The notes below the pieces were generated by a model. That model saw nothing but the letters and a program-made list of their open reading frames with translations. It was not told the DNA's origin and searched no databases. A stretch of 63,650 nt of DNA, counting the filler, from Candidatus Woesearchaeota archaeon (GTDB taxonomy: Archaea > Nanobdellota > Nanobdellia > Woesearchaeales > B72-G16), in assembly GCA_003650545.1 (NCBI GenBank). It is 3 parts of 3 records of this genome, joined end to end, with 100 filler letters (N's around TTAATTAATTAA, not from the genome) between each part and the next. Parts side by side here need not be neighbours in the genome. Positions count along the whole stretch, not along the records: positions 25,134 to 50,084 come from QMQO01000020.1; positions 50,185 to 63,650 come from QMQO01000035.1; 1 more part is not named here. One strand, written 5' to 3'. A program made the translations under genes and the position numbers. Of the stretch, positions 48,849 to 57,480 are shown in pieces; position 1 is the stretch's first letter, and each line of letters starts with the position of its first letter.

Positions 48849-49286
48849 ATGGGAAGAAAATCAACAGGGTTGGGAGCTGGCAAGAAGCTTAAATCACGTA
48901 GGAAAAAATTTCGTTGGTCTAAAGGGCAATATAAAAGACGTGTTTTAGAACTCAAGGTTAAATCAGATCCATTAGAAGGAACTAGCCAGGCTAAAGGAAT
49001 AGTCCTAGCTAAAGTACAGATGGAAGCAAAACAGCCCAATTCTGCCATGAGAAAATGTGTCAGGGTTCAACTCACGAAGAATGGTAGGCAAGTAACTGCT
49101 TTCTTGCCAGGTGATGGTGCAAGTAAAATGGTTGATGAGCACGATGAAGTAATTGTAGAGTGCATTGGCGGCAAGATGGGAAGAGCGAAGGGAGACATCC
49201 CAGGTGTTAGATGGCAAGTTCTTAAAGTGAATGACCAGAGCCTAGATGCTCTGTTAAGAGGAAAGATAGAAAAAGCTAGAAAATAA
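48849..49286 (+). CDS. rps12: 30S ribosomal protein S12 (uS12, archaeal type)
   Basis: [32 protein letters not shown]. Confidence 0.97.
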   Translation: MGRKSTGLGAGKKLKSRRKKFRWSKGQYKRRVLELKVKSDPLEGTSQAKGIVLAKVQMEAKQPNSAMRKCVRVQLTKNGRQVTAFLPGDGASKMVDEHDEVIVECIGGKMGRAKGDIPGVRWQVLKVNDQSLDALLRGKIEKARK

Positions 49287-49397
49287 AATTAATAAAAAGC
49301 GATAAAATTAATAGAAAGCGAAACGCAAAATTCTAAGTACACTTGAGAACTATTTTTTATTTTTTTCTATTTCTTTTTTCTAAAATTTTGTTCTCTA

Positions 49398-50084
49398 TCA
49401 GGTCATTATCTCTTTAACAATTTCAGCTGCAAGAGAAACGGTTAACCTTTCTTCTATCTTAGGATTAACCTCAACAACATCAATCATCTTTAGGTTACGC
49501 AACAGCTTTAACTTACCAACAATATAAAGAAGCTCTCTGCTTGTTAGACCTCCTGGTTCACAATACCCTGTTCCAGGAGCAAATGCTGGATCAGTCACAT
49601 CAATGTCAATTGATAAATATAAAGCAGGCCAATCTACAACATTCTCCATGATTGTTTCTGTTGTGCTTTGTAAGCTGAGAGAGTATATCTTTTTCATCTC
49701 AAAAGTTCTGATTTTATGATCTAGAATAAAACTCTTTTCCTGTATGTGGACGTTTCTCAGACCAACGAATATAACTTTTCTTGGATCAAGAATGTGCTCT
49801 TCTATTAATTTTAAAAGATAATCTTCATGTGTTTGTTGTTTTGCTGCAGGCATTAGATCAGGATGAGCATCTAAGATTATAATACCTGCATCAGGATTTT
49901 CTCGAGTAAAAGCCTTGAATGTTGCGTATGTAATAGAATGATCACCTCCAAGAACTATCATTTTTTCATTTTGATTGTTTTCATTTTTCTTTTTTATTTT
50001 TATTATTTCTTCGATTATATTATTATTTGATTTTTCAATATTGTTTTTATCAACCTCAATCTCTTCAATGGAAAAGTCTATTTC
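49398..50084 (-). CDS. Agmatinase/arginase-family protein (5'-truncated by contig end)
   Basis: LGGDHS, DAHPD, SIDIDVTDP..APGTG..EPGG, VEVNP; frame stays open from 49961 up to the gap at 50084. Confidence 0.88.
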   Translation of the reverse strand, partial: EIDFSIEEIEVDKNNIEKSNNNIIEEIIKIKKKNENNQNEKMIVLGGDHSITYATFKAFTRENPDAGIIILDAHPDLMPAAKQQTHEDYLLKLIEEHILDPRKVIFVGLRNVHIQEKSFILDHKIRTFEMKKIYSLSLQSTTETIMENVVDWPALYLSIDIDVTDPAFAPGTGYCEPGGLTSRELLYIVGKLKLLRNLKMIDVVEVNPKIEERLTVSLAAEIVKEIMT

Positions 50085-50184
50085 NNNNNNNNNNNNNNNN
50101 NNNNNNNNNNNNNNNNNNNNNNNNNNNNTTAATTAATTAANNNNNNNNNNNNNNNNNNNNNNNNNNNNNNNNNNNNNNNNNNNN
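50085..50184. other. Artificial contig-joining spacer
   Basis: 44 N + TTAATTAATTAA + 44 N, identical to the first spacer. Confidence 0.97.
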
Positions 50185-50374
50185 ATAAAAAAGTAATTGT
50201 ATTGAAGAAGATAAATTACAAAAATTAAAATAAAGATAATCATTGATTTTTTTCTGTGCTGAGATTTTTCTCACTTATTATTTTATATGTTAGACAACAT
50301 TTCATTTGTTTCTTGGTCTACATGAAACAGGTCAAGAAAATGTTTTTTATTATTGTGTTATAAAATTAACCAAA

Positions 50375-50890
50375 TCAAGCATACAATTGCATTTTTTTCC
50401 AACTGTCATCTTTTATATTCACCAATATAAGCTTATCTTTATCTTTTGCTAAAAAGAAAGTTTCAATGCCCTTTAATAAATCGCGATATTTCTTAATCTG
50501 TTGAATAGTCTGCTTTGTTAATGGTAATACTAACCTACCCTTAACATAATAGTTATCCTTACTAAGAATAAAGGTCTTACCAGTTTTCTTGCTAAGTTTG
50601 ACCATTGCATCTCCTAATAGCTTATGTATTAACTCTTTATTACTTTTCTCAAAGCTTTTTACAGATGCTTTCACTTGTCTGATCGTTTGTCCAATATCTG
50701 TTATATACGACTTTATCTCTGTAAGGACAATAATTATTTTATCACTTTCATCATCATATTCAAAACTGACAACATCTGCATATCTTTCTATCTTGTAATG
50801 CACATAATAGGCTTCTGCATCTAGATAGTAGTCTCCGAGATATTTGATATAATCAGCCATAACATTTGCATGTCTTTTATCCTTCACCAT
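50375..50890 (-). CDS. Hypothetical protein, possible PD-(D/E)XK nuclease fold
   Basis: ADVV...IIIVLTEIKS....GQTIRQ pattern. Confidence 0.55.
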   Translation of the reverse strand: MVKDKRHANVMADYIKYLGDYYLDAEAYYVHYKIERYADVVSFEYDDESDKIIIVLTEIKSYITDIGQTIRQVKASVKSFEKSNKELIHKLLGDAMVKLSKKTGKTFILSKDNYYVKGRLVLPLTKQTIQQIKKYRDLLKGIETFFLAKDKDKLILVNIKDDSWKKMQLYA

Positions 50891-50891
50891 C

Positions 50892-51173
50892 TTAATACCG
50901 TATCCTAAAATCGGAGAATTCTCCTGTTGGTGTTTGCTTTTTGATTTTCACTTCTGAAATTTTGGCTCCCTCAGGTCCCTCTTTACAAAGTCGTATCAAA
51001 GAATATAAGGCCCTTTCTTCACCTTCAGCAACAACAATGACAGAACCATCGGCCATATTTCTAACATATCCTTGCAACCCAAGCCTTTTAGCATTGCTCT
51101 CAACATAGCTGCGAAAGAAAACACCCTGTACAATACCTGTTATCCTTAGTTCAACTCTCTTTAGTTTTTCCAT
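50892..51173 (-). CDS. acyP: Acylphosphatase
   Basis: ITGIVQGVFFR, GYVRNMADGSV, EGP. Confidence 0.95.
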   Translation of the reverse strand: MEKLKRVELRITGIVQGVFFRSYVESNAKRLGLQGYVRNMADGSVIVVAEGEERALYSLIRLCKEGPEGAKISEVKIKKQTPTGEFSDFRIRY

Positions 51174-51575
51174 TTATTGGAGCCCCTTTCTTTTGAATTT
51201 TTGCTCATTCATGTATTCACAATTCATGTATTCACAATTTAGTGAAGAGTTTGTAGTATTTATATTTAACTCAAACAGAAACAATCTTCATTCTAGATTT
51301 TGTTAATCATGACTGTATTTTGTTAATCATGATCTGCGTCACCAACAACATATATCTACAATCTTTAAACTAATCCGTGTTCACTAATGCTTTTTTAGAC
51401 AAGATTCTAAGCAAGTTATGTAAAAGTTGGTTCTTAGTAAATAGGATATCGTTAAATATCGTTATGTAGTTATCTTAGATATCTTTATGTGTATAATTAT
51501 TCCTAACATCAAAATAGATCATTTAATATATCATGGACTTAAATAACAATTATTAAGCTTTATTAACTAGAATAT

Positions 51576-53465
51576 CTACTTAATCCTAAAAACCTCCAGA
51601 TTTCTTGGTGCAGAAGTTTCGATTCTGTTTTGTTTATGTATGGAACTAGCTAGATCTAAACATCTAGAGCTTTCGCCATGCATTACTATAACCCTTTTTG
51701 GTTTAGGATCGCATTTGTACACATAACTCATCAATTGCTTTCTGTCAGAATGGCCTGTAACTTCTAACTTATGTATCTCCATCTTGATTTCAACAACTTC
51801 TTGCTTAGTGCCAGATTTAAAAATTATCTCGCGAGCACCACGTTGTATTCTTTGCCCGAGAGAACCTTCGCCTTGATAACAGGTAAACACTAACGAATTC
51901 TTAGGGTTATCAGCAAGATGTTTCAGATACTCAACAGACGGACCGCCAACAAGCATACCACTAGTTGCCATAATCACGCAAGGACCATGCTCTTCTACAA
52001 TTTGCATTCTTTCTTTTTGTGAGCCAACACGTTTAAATGCAGGATTCAGAAATGGATTTTGATCTTGGTGGAAGATTTGTTTTCTAACTGTTGCATTCAG
52101 GTATTCTGGATACGCAGTATGTATGGCTGTCATATCCCACACCATACCATCAATATAAACAGGGACCTCTGGAATCTCTTTATTACGGATCATTTCTTCG
52201 ACCATCACCATAATCTCTTGACTTCTTCCAGATCCTAATGTAGGCATCAGAATCTTACCGCCACGTTTGATTGTATCCTTAATGATTTTTTTAAGCAATT
52301 CATCAGCTTCTTTTTGATTTGGCAACACATTTTCTTTACCACCATATGTTGCTTCTATAATCAAAGTCTCTGCTCTAGGGAATTTTGTGTTAGCCGGATC
52401 TAGTAAAGCTGTTCTGCCATACTTCATATCACCAGAGTAAACTAAGTTGTGCAGACCATTGCCAATATGTAAGTGTATCAAAGAAGAACCGATAATATGG
52501 CCAGCATTATACAACGTTAGCCTAACATCAGGAGTTATATCTGTGACCTCACCATAATCCAAGCAGATTGTGTGTTTAACCATTTCTTTTATGTCTTCTG
52601 CAGTAAATATTGGCTCTTTACCCTCAGAGTGCATAATCTTAACATAGTCCAACAAAGATAGAGCCATAATATCCCTAGTAGGAGCTGTACAATAAACAGG
52701 ACCGCGAAAGCCAAACTTAAATAAATAAGGAATAAAACCACAATGATCCAAATGAGAATGAGTCACAATAACAGCATCTAACTCTTTTATGTTAAATTCT
52801 GGCACCTCCAGATATGGATACATTTTATCCGATGAAGCAACATTAACACCGCAATCTAATATAACCCTAGATTCTGGTGTTTGCAGGAACAAACAAGACC
52901 TTCCAACCTGTCTTCCCCCTCCTAGTACACTAACTCGAATCCATTCTTGCTTTTTTTCACGGATCCAACCGTCATAAATACGGTGGCCAGTCTTATTCAA
53001 AAATTTCCTTCTATATTCAGAATTCAGATACAAAACAGAGCGTACATCCTCAATTATCTGGCTTCTAATTGCAGGCGTCCTTCTTATTAGTGGAACCCAT
53101 AATGTATTTTCTCTTATCCCCCTTAATATTGCACCCTGTTTTCCAATAGCAAGCCCAGGTTTCTTTGCTTCTATTATGACCCTAGACCGTTGCTCATCAA
53201 AGATTATCTGTGCAACTTCGGCTTCTTCTGGAATCATATCTTTAATAAGTTTTTCTGCTTTTTCCTTTGGCATTGTTATGCTAGGATCTGGCCTTAACTC
53301 TACCCTTTTCTTTATATCATCAACTATCTTTTTGATCAGACCTTCATTATTCAGGAAAAAACTTTTATCTTTAGTATAGAGCACAATGTTTGCTCCTTCA
53401 AACACAGCATCAGATACTTTATCCTTAGGCAAATATTTTAAGATCTCTGCTATAATATCAGACAT
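51576..53465 (-). CDS. KH-domain beta-CASP ribonuclease aCPSF1 (FttA)
   Basis: FEGANIVLYT, KPGLAIGKQG KH motif, GGGRQVGRSC, THSHLDH, AGHIIGS, GHSDR; follows psmB. Confidence 0.93.
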   Translation of the reverse strand: MSDIIAEILKYLPKDKVSDAVFEGANIVLYTKDKSFFLNNEGLIKKIVDDIKKRVELRPDPSITMPKEKAEKLIKDMIPEEAEVAQIIFDEQRSRVIIEAKKPGLAIGKQGAILRGIRENTLWVPLIRRTPAIRSQIIEDVRSVLYLNSEYRRKFLNKTGHRIYDGWIREKKQEWIRVSVLGGGRQVGRSCLFLQTPESRVILDCGVNVASSDKMYPYLEVPEFNIKELDAVIVTHSHLDHCGFIPYLFKFGFRGPVYCTAPTRDIMALSLLDYVKIMHSEGKEPIFTAEDIKEMVKHTICLDYGEVTDITPDVRLTLYNAGHIIGSSLIHLHIGNGLHNLVYSGDMKYGRTALLDPANTKFPRAETLIIEATYGGKENVLPNQKEADELLKKIIKDTIKRGGKILMPTLGSGRSQEIMVMVEEMIRNKEIPEVPVYIDGMVWDMTAIHTAYPEYLNATVRKQIFHQDQNPFLNPAFKRVGSQKERMQIVEEHGPCVIMATSGMLVGGPSVEYLKHLADNPKNSLVFTCYQGEGSLGQRIQRGAREIIFKSGTKQEVVEIKMEIHKLEVTGHSDRKQLMSYVYKCDPKPKRVIVMHGESSRCLDLASSIHKQNRIETSAPRNLEVFRIK

Positions 53466-53513
53466 TTTTTAACTACCTTTGTTAAATCCTAAATTTATTT
53501 TTTCAGAACAATT

Positions 53514-54155
53514 TCATTTGATATTTTCATTCAATCTAACAGTTAGTTGCTCAGTATGTACTTTTTCAACACTGTCTTTTGTGACAACCATCATATCGAT
53601 TCCTTCGCCAGAAGCTGTGTCACGTTGTAGTGCAGCATTAATGGCTTTTATAGCTAATTTTTTTGCTTCATCTAATGGAATGTTTTTATTATACAATGCA
53701 TCCAAAACACCTAATGCAAATACCATTCCTGAACCAGAACAGACGTATTCATCTTCTTCATTCAATGAACCATCTGGAAAAACATCGTAAAGATGAACAC
53801 CGTGTCTATCAAATCCCGCAACCAAAAATTGCGTAATTCCTGGAAACATCTGCCTCAGATTTGTATATACCAATGTAGCTAATAAATTCACAGCTTCTTT
53901 TACATTTACTCTTTTAGAAGTTCTAATCTCTTTTAGCTTTAGCTCGGCCTTAATGTATTTCATTAAGAGTTGTATATCTGAATAGTTTCCAGCAACAGTC
54001 AAGCCTAAATTATCAAGTATTTTAAAGACCTTTTGCACTTTTTTATTGATGATCATGCTGCCTGCTGTTGCACGTTTGTCCGCTGCTAACACTACATAAT
54101 CCTTACCTTTTATTGCTAGTGTTGTGGTTCCGGTCTTCATAGATTTTTCATCCAT
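53514..54155 (-). CDS. psmB: Proteasome subunit beta
   Basis: Propeptide ending KTG/TTT, AADKRAT, GSG, RDTASG. Confidence 0.95.
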   Translation of the reverse strand: MDEKSMKTGTTTLAIKGKDYVVLAADKRATAGSMIINKKVQKVFKILDNLGLTVAGNYSDIQLLMKYIKAELKLKEIRTSKRVNVKEAVNLLATLVYTNLRQMFPGITQFLVAGFDRHGVHLYDVFPDGSLNEEDEYVCSGSGMVFALGVLDALYNKNIPLDEAKKLAIKAINAALQRDTASGEGIDMMVVTKDSVEKVHTEQLTVRLNENIK

Positions 54156-54222
54156 TTATCACACCTAAGAACTCCTTCTTTTTCCGAAGATTGAGTTTTA
54201 GTATTTAAAGTTTTTGGTTTTT

Positions 54223-54393
54223 CAGCTATTATGAAACCCAAGTTACCGTCTGTGTTGCGAGGCCATGACACTTAATAATCGCATCTGGCAGGGGTTGTCC
54301 CTTACGAGGATGCCAGATAACGCAATCAGAAACACATGCAGCTGACGGCAACCGAGGCAAACGCAGTTTGCCGAGAGGGTTTCATAACAGCCG
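54223..54393 (-). ncRNA. Highly structured 171-bp non-coding element (ncRNA or MITE-like)
   Basis: 17-bp terminal arms (15/17 match), nested stems 54242-50/54344-52, 54251-56/54331-36, 54283-90/54311-18, 54356-62/54366-72; the three mismatches in the outer stems are G-U on the minus strand. Confidence 0.5.
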
Positions 54394-54399
54394 GTTTTC

Positions 54400-54450
54400 G
54401 CTAATATTTTTTTGGCTAATATTCAAGCTAATATTTAGGCTAATATTATA
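54400..54450. repeat. Four GCTAATATT direct repeats
   Basis: GCTAATATT x4 with short spacers immediately beside the structured element. Confidence 0.7.
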
Positions 54451-54905
54451 AAAAGTTAGTATAACTCGAAATCCTTATCTTAATTACAAGGTTACCATGC
54501 CATATTTCATAACACAGTGATCTAATGTAATTTTCTAATTAATTTCTAATGCAACTAGGTAATAACCCATTATCTAATGCAATTGGGACATAGCTAGAGG
54601 AACATCATTCTAAATGCTAAATTAATAAGCAAATCAAATGATATGATGATTCTTAATTAGCAGATTCTCAATAACATATTCAAAACACGATTTTATCTTT
54701 GTCAGTAAAATAACAATTTGAAAATCATAAAAAACTCTCATATATTTTGCATATCCATATTTTCATATGTATTTTTCATCACCATCGCGTACAACACATA
54801 TTTATAAATCTTCTAAAAAACAATCTAAAAAAATAACCACTATAAAATTAAGAATCATTATTTAGACAGGAGATTTTAAGAAAAAGACCAAAGAACAGGA
54901 GCAGA

Positions 54906-57332
54906 ATGAACATCCTTTCACCATATCCTAAGAACAAACAACAAGCAATTGCTGTTGATAAAGCTTATTCTAACCTAAGATCTAATAACTTTACTATTCT
55001 AGCTGATGATGTGGGCACAGGCAAGACATTTGAAGCTCTAGCTACAATACACAAAGAAATAAAACTGAAAGAACTAAAGTACACTCTTGTTATAATTATA
55101 GCTATGCAAAAAGATCTAAGGGTTAAGTGGTGTGAGGATATCAAGGAGATATTTGTTAAACAGTATTTAAAAGATGACTTTGCCGAATTCTTCAAAAATA
55201 CAACAATGGCAACTACGCTAGAACAAGCTATTAAAAATTATCCTTCTATTGCTATATGCGGCTCGTCTGCTATATCAGTAACAAAAAAAGAGAAAGAAAA
55301 CTTTACAAAGAAGTACAGAAATAACAAAGTCTTTAAAGATTATGTTGATAATCATTTATTGACCAGAAATCTGACCATAAATCAAATAGTAAGAAATGAT
55401 AAGATCAAACGCAATCTAGTTGCGAATTTTAAACGGTTCCAACTGAGAGAAAAAATAATGCAAAATTACAAGAAAGTTATTCTAATAGTTGACGAAGCAC
55501 ATAATCTGAAAGCAACAAGAAACAATGACTTCTATGATTTCACTAAACATGAGCATGAGATAAATCCTTTGAGTAGTAAAGTTCCATTTTACACCACAAG
55601 ATACAAGATTGTGGATAAAATTCTCTTCCTAACTGCAACACCATTTCAACAAACACCAAAATATTTACTAAGATTACTTGGAATACCCATAACAATCCTG
55701 AAAAAGCAGGCAAACTACCCAAAAATTCTAGAAAACATAAGAATGCAACTGGAGGGGCTTGAGGATTATAAACAAGCAAAAAATTCATATTACAGCAGAG
55801 TTGTAAAAGCAGAATCTTATTATACCTTAGTTAACAATATTTATCAGGCGTTGCAGGGTGACACCCTAAGAAAGATAAACATGCGACTCCACGGAAACAT
55901 GAGCAAAGAAAGCATCTTAAGAGCCATTCCAGATTTTAAACTAAGAAACAACATCCTTCAGTTAATAGATCTAAAAAACAAACTAGAAAAAAATTTTAGA
56001 AGGATCATTGTGAGAACCGAACCAGACCGCCCCTACCTGTTAAGGGTTGTAGGTAGCTTAGCTCTACCAAAAAACACAAGCGCCATAAATATTCGTTCAG
56101 GGATAAAACAAATAAACATTAGCAGCAGAGAAGAAAATAAAGAAAAGAAGTTATTAGAGCTAATAGATAGACTAAGAAAAGATCGTCAACTAGAAAAACA
56201 TAAAATACAAGGTAATAAAAAAATTGTTATATTTGTAAATTCCATAAAAACAGGTAAGAGAATAAAAGAACTTTTAAATAGCAAAAAACCAATAGAAGGA
56301 AAACGATACACTAAACCTGCATTGAACCTTTTAATAAAGGTAAATCAAAAACAGTTGAATAAGATAACAAACATCGCAGCTGGTTATAAAGGTAGTATTT
56401 TTAATACCAAAAGGATAACACAATTCCAGAGGTGGATAATTTACACCTGTCTTCTATTAAAGGAAATTAAAGAAGAGAGGTACAAGAAAATCTTTACAAA
56501 GTATTTAAAAGAAGAATTAGATTTAGCAATAAAAAGAAACACTAAAATAAAAGAAGAAAACAAGTTGACAGCTAATGAGATTCTAAGAAGAATTAAGAAG
56601 GCGAATCTAGAAGAATTTGCTAAATATAAAAGGAAAACAAAGTTTAGACAGATGCTAAAGTCTCAGAACAAAAAGGTCTACAGCTATATTAAAAAGAAGA
56701 TAAAACTTTTCATAGACAAAGAAGAGGCTATAAAATATATGCTTTACCTAATAGAGTCAATGCATCTCTATCCTGATCTTAAGAAAGATATATTTAACAA
56801 GCTTGATGTAACTTTTAAAGCTGCTATTGAAGAAAACGATATAACTTTTATCACCAATCTAATAGATAAGAAGAATAGGAAAAGGAATTTCCTTAGCATG
56901 CACGAGTGTGAGTTCTACTATGGTAAAAGGAGAGAAATGATAAGAACATTATTTAACACACCTTTTAACCCGAAGATCATAATCCTGCCTAACACTGCTC
57001 AGGAAGGACTAGATTTCCAACGCTATTCAAATATCGCAATACATTATGACTTGCACCCTAGCTCTGCCAAGATGGAGCAAAGGATTGGCAGGGTAGACAG
57101 AAAAGGCAATTTTGTAAGGGATAATTATGATGCAAATAACCCCGCTGGCATTATTGAGTTCAGGCCATGCTGCAATAAAAAGGATCAGAGAGTGATGAAT
57201 ATACTATCATATGATGAGCGTTGGTTTAATGTTTTTTTCCTCAAACTGAAAAGAAAGGCCCTAAAGTTGAATAAAAGAGAGTTGGACATCTTAGATGTGT
57301 TAACACAACTGTTTAGAATCAAGTTAGGTTAA
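54906..57332 (+). CDS. Superfamily 2 (SNF2/RapA-like) helicase, solitary
   Basis: ILADDVGTGKT, IVDEAH, LTATP, IVIFV, AQEGLDFQ, IHYDL, EQRIGRVDR. Confidence 0.85.
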   Translation: MNILSPYPKNKQQAIAVDKAYSNLRSNNFTILADDVGTGKTFEALATIHKEIKLKELKYTLVIIIAMQKDLRVKWCEDIKEIFVKQYLKDDFAEFFKNTTMATTLEQAIKNYPSIAICGSSAISVTKKEKENFTKKYRNNKVFKDYVDNHLLTRNLTINQIVRNDKIKRNLVANFKRFQLREKIMQNYKKVILIVDEAHNLKATRNNDFYDFTKHEHEINPLSSKVPFYTTRYKIVDKILFLTATPFQQTPKYLLRLLGIPITILKKQANYPKILENIRMQLEGLEDYKQAKNSYYSRVVKAESYYTLVNNIYQALQGDTLRKINMRLHGNMSKESILRAIPDFKLRNNILQLIDLKNKLEKNFRRIIVRTEPDRPYLLRVVGSLALPKNTSAINIRSGIKQINISSREENKEKKLLELIDRLRKDRQLEKHKIQGNKKIVIFVNSIKTGKRIKELLNSKKPIEGKRYTKPALNLLIKVNQKQLNKITNIAAGYKGSIFNTKRITQFQRWIIYTCLLLKEIKEERYKKIFTKYLKEELDLAIKRNTKIKEENKLTANEILRRIKKANLEEFAKYKRKTKFRQMLKSQNKKVYSYIKKKIKLFIDKEEAIKYMLYLIESMHLYPDLKKDIFNKLDVTFKAAIEENDITFITNLIDKKNRKRNFLSMHECEFYYGKRREMIRTLFNTPFNPKIIILPNTAQEGLDFQRYSNIAIHYDLHPSSAKMEQRIGRVDRKGNFVRDNYDANNPAGIIEFRPCCNKKDQRVMNILSYDERWFNVFFLKLKRKALKLNKRELDILDVLTQLFRIKLG

Positions 57333-57358
57333 GTAGTTTAGAATTAAGTTAGGTTAAG
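57311..57358. repeat. Direct duplication of the helicase 3' end including the stop codon
   Basis: GTTTAGAATCAAGTTAGGTTAAG (57311-57333) and GTTTAGAATTAAGTTAGGTTAAG (57336-57358). Confidence 0.85.
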
Positions 57359-57480
57359 CAGGGAAGAGTTGATTAATAATAATGATTAATAATAATTTAT
57401 ACTCTGTGGCCTGTAATAATTCCTGTACAATAATCTTTATAAACAACCTAAATCATCACTTCTTTTTGGGGGTTGATAGA

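Noticed and set aside
57382..57480. N-terminal extensions in track ORFs (mutS, lonB 29970, rfcL 21516, 47119, 23609)
   Set aside because: They run through promoter/SD sequence; downstream starts fit the protein families better.
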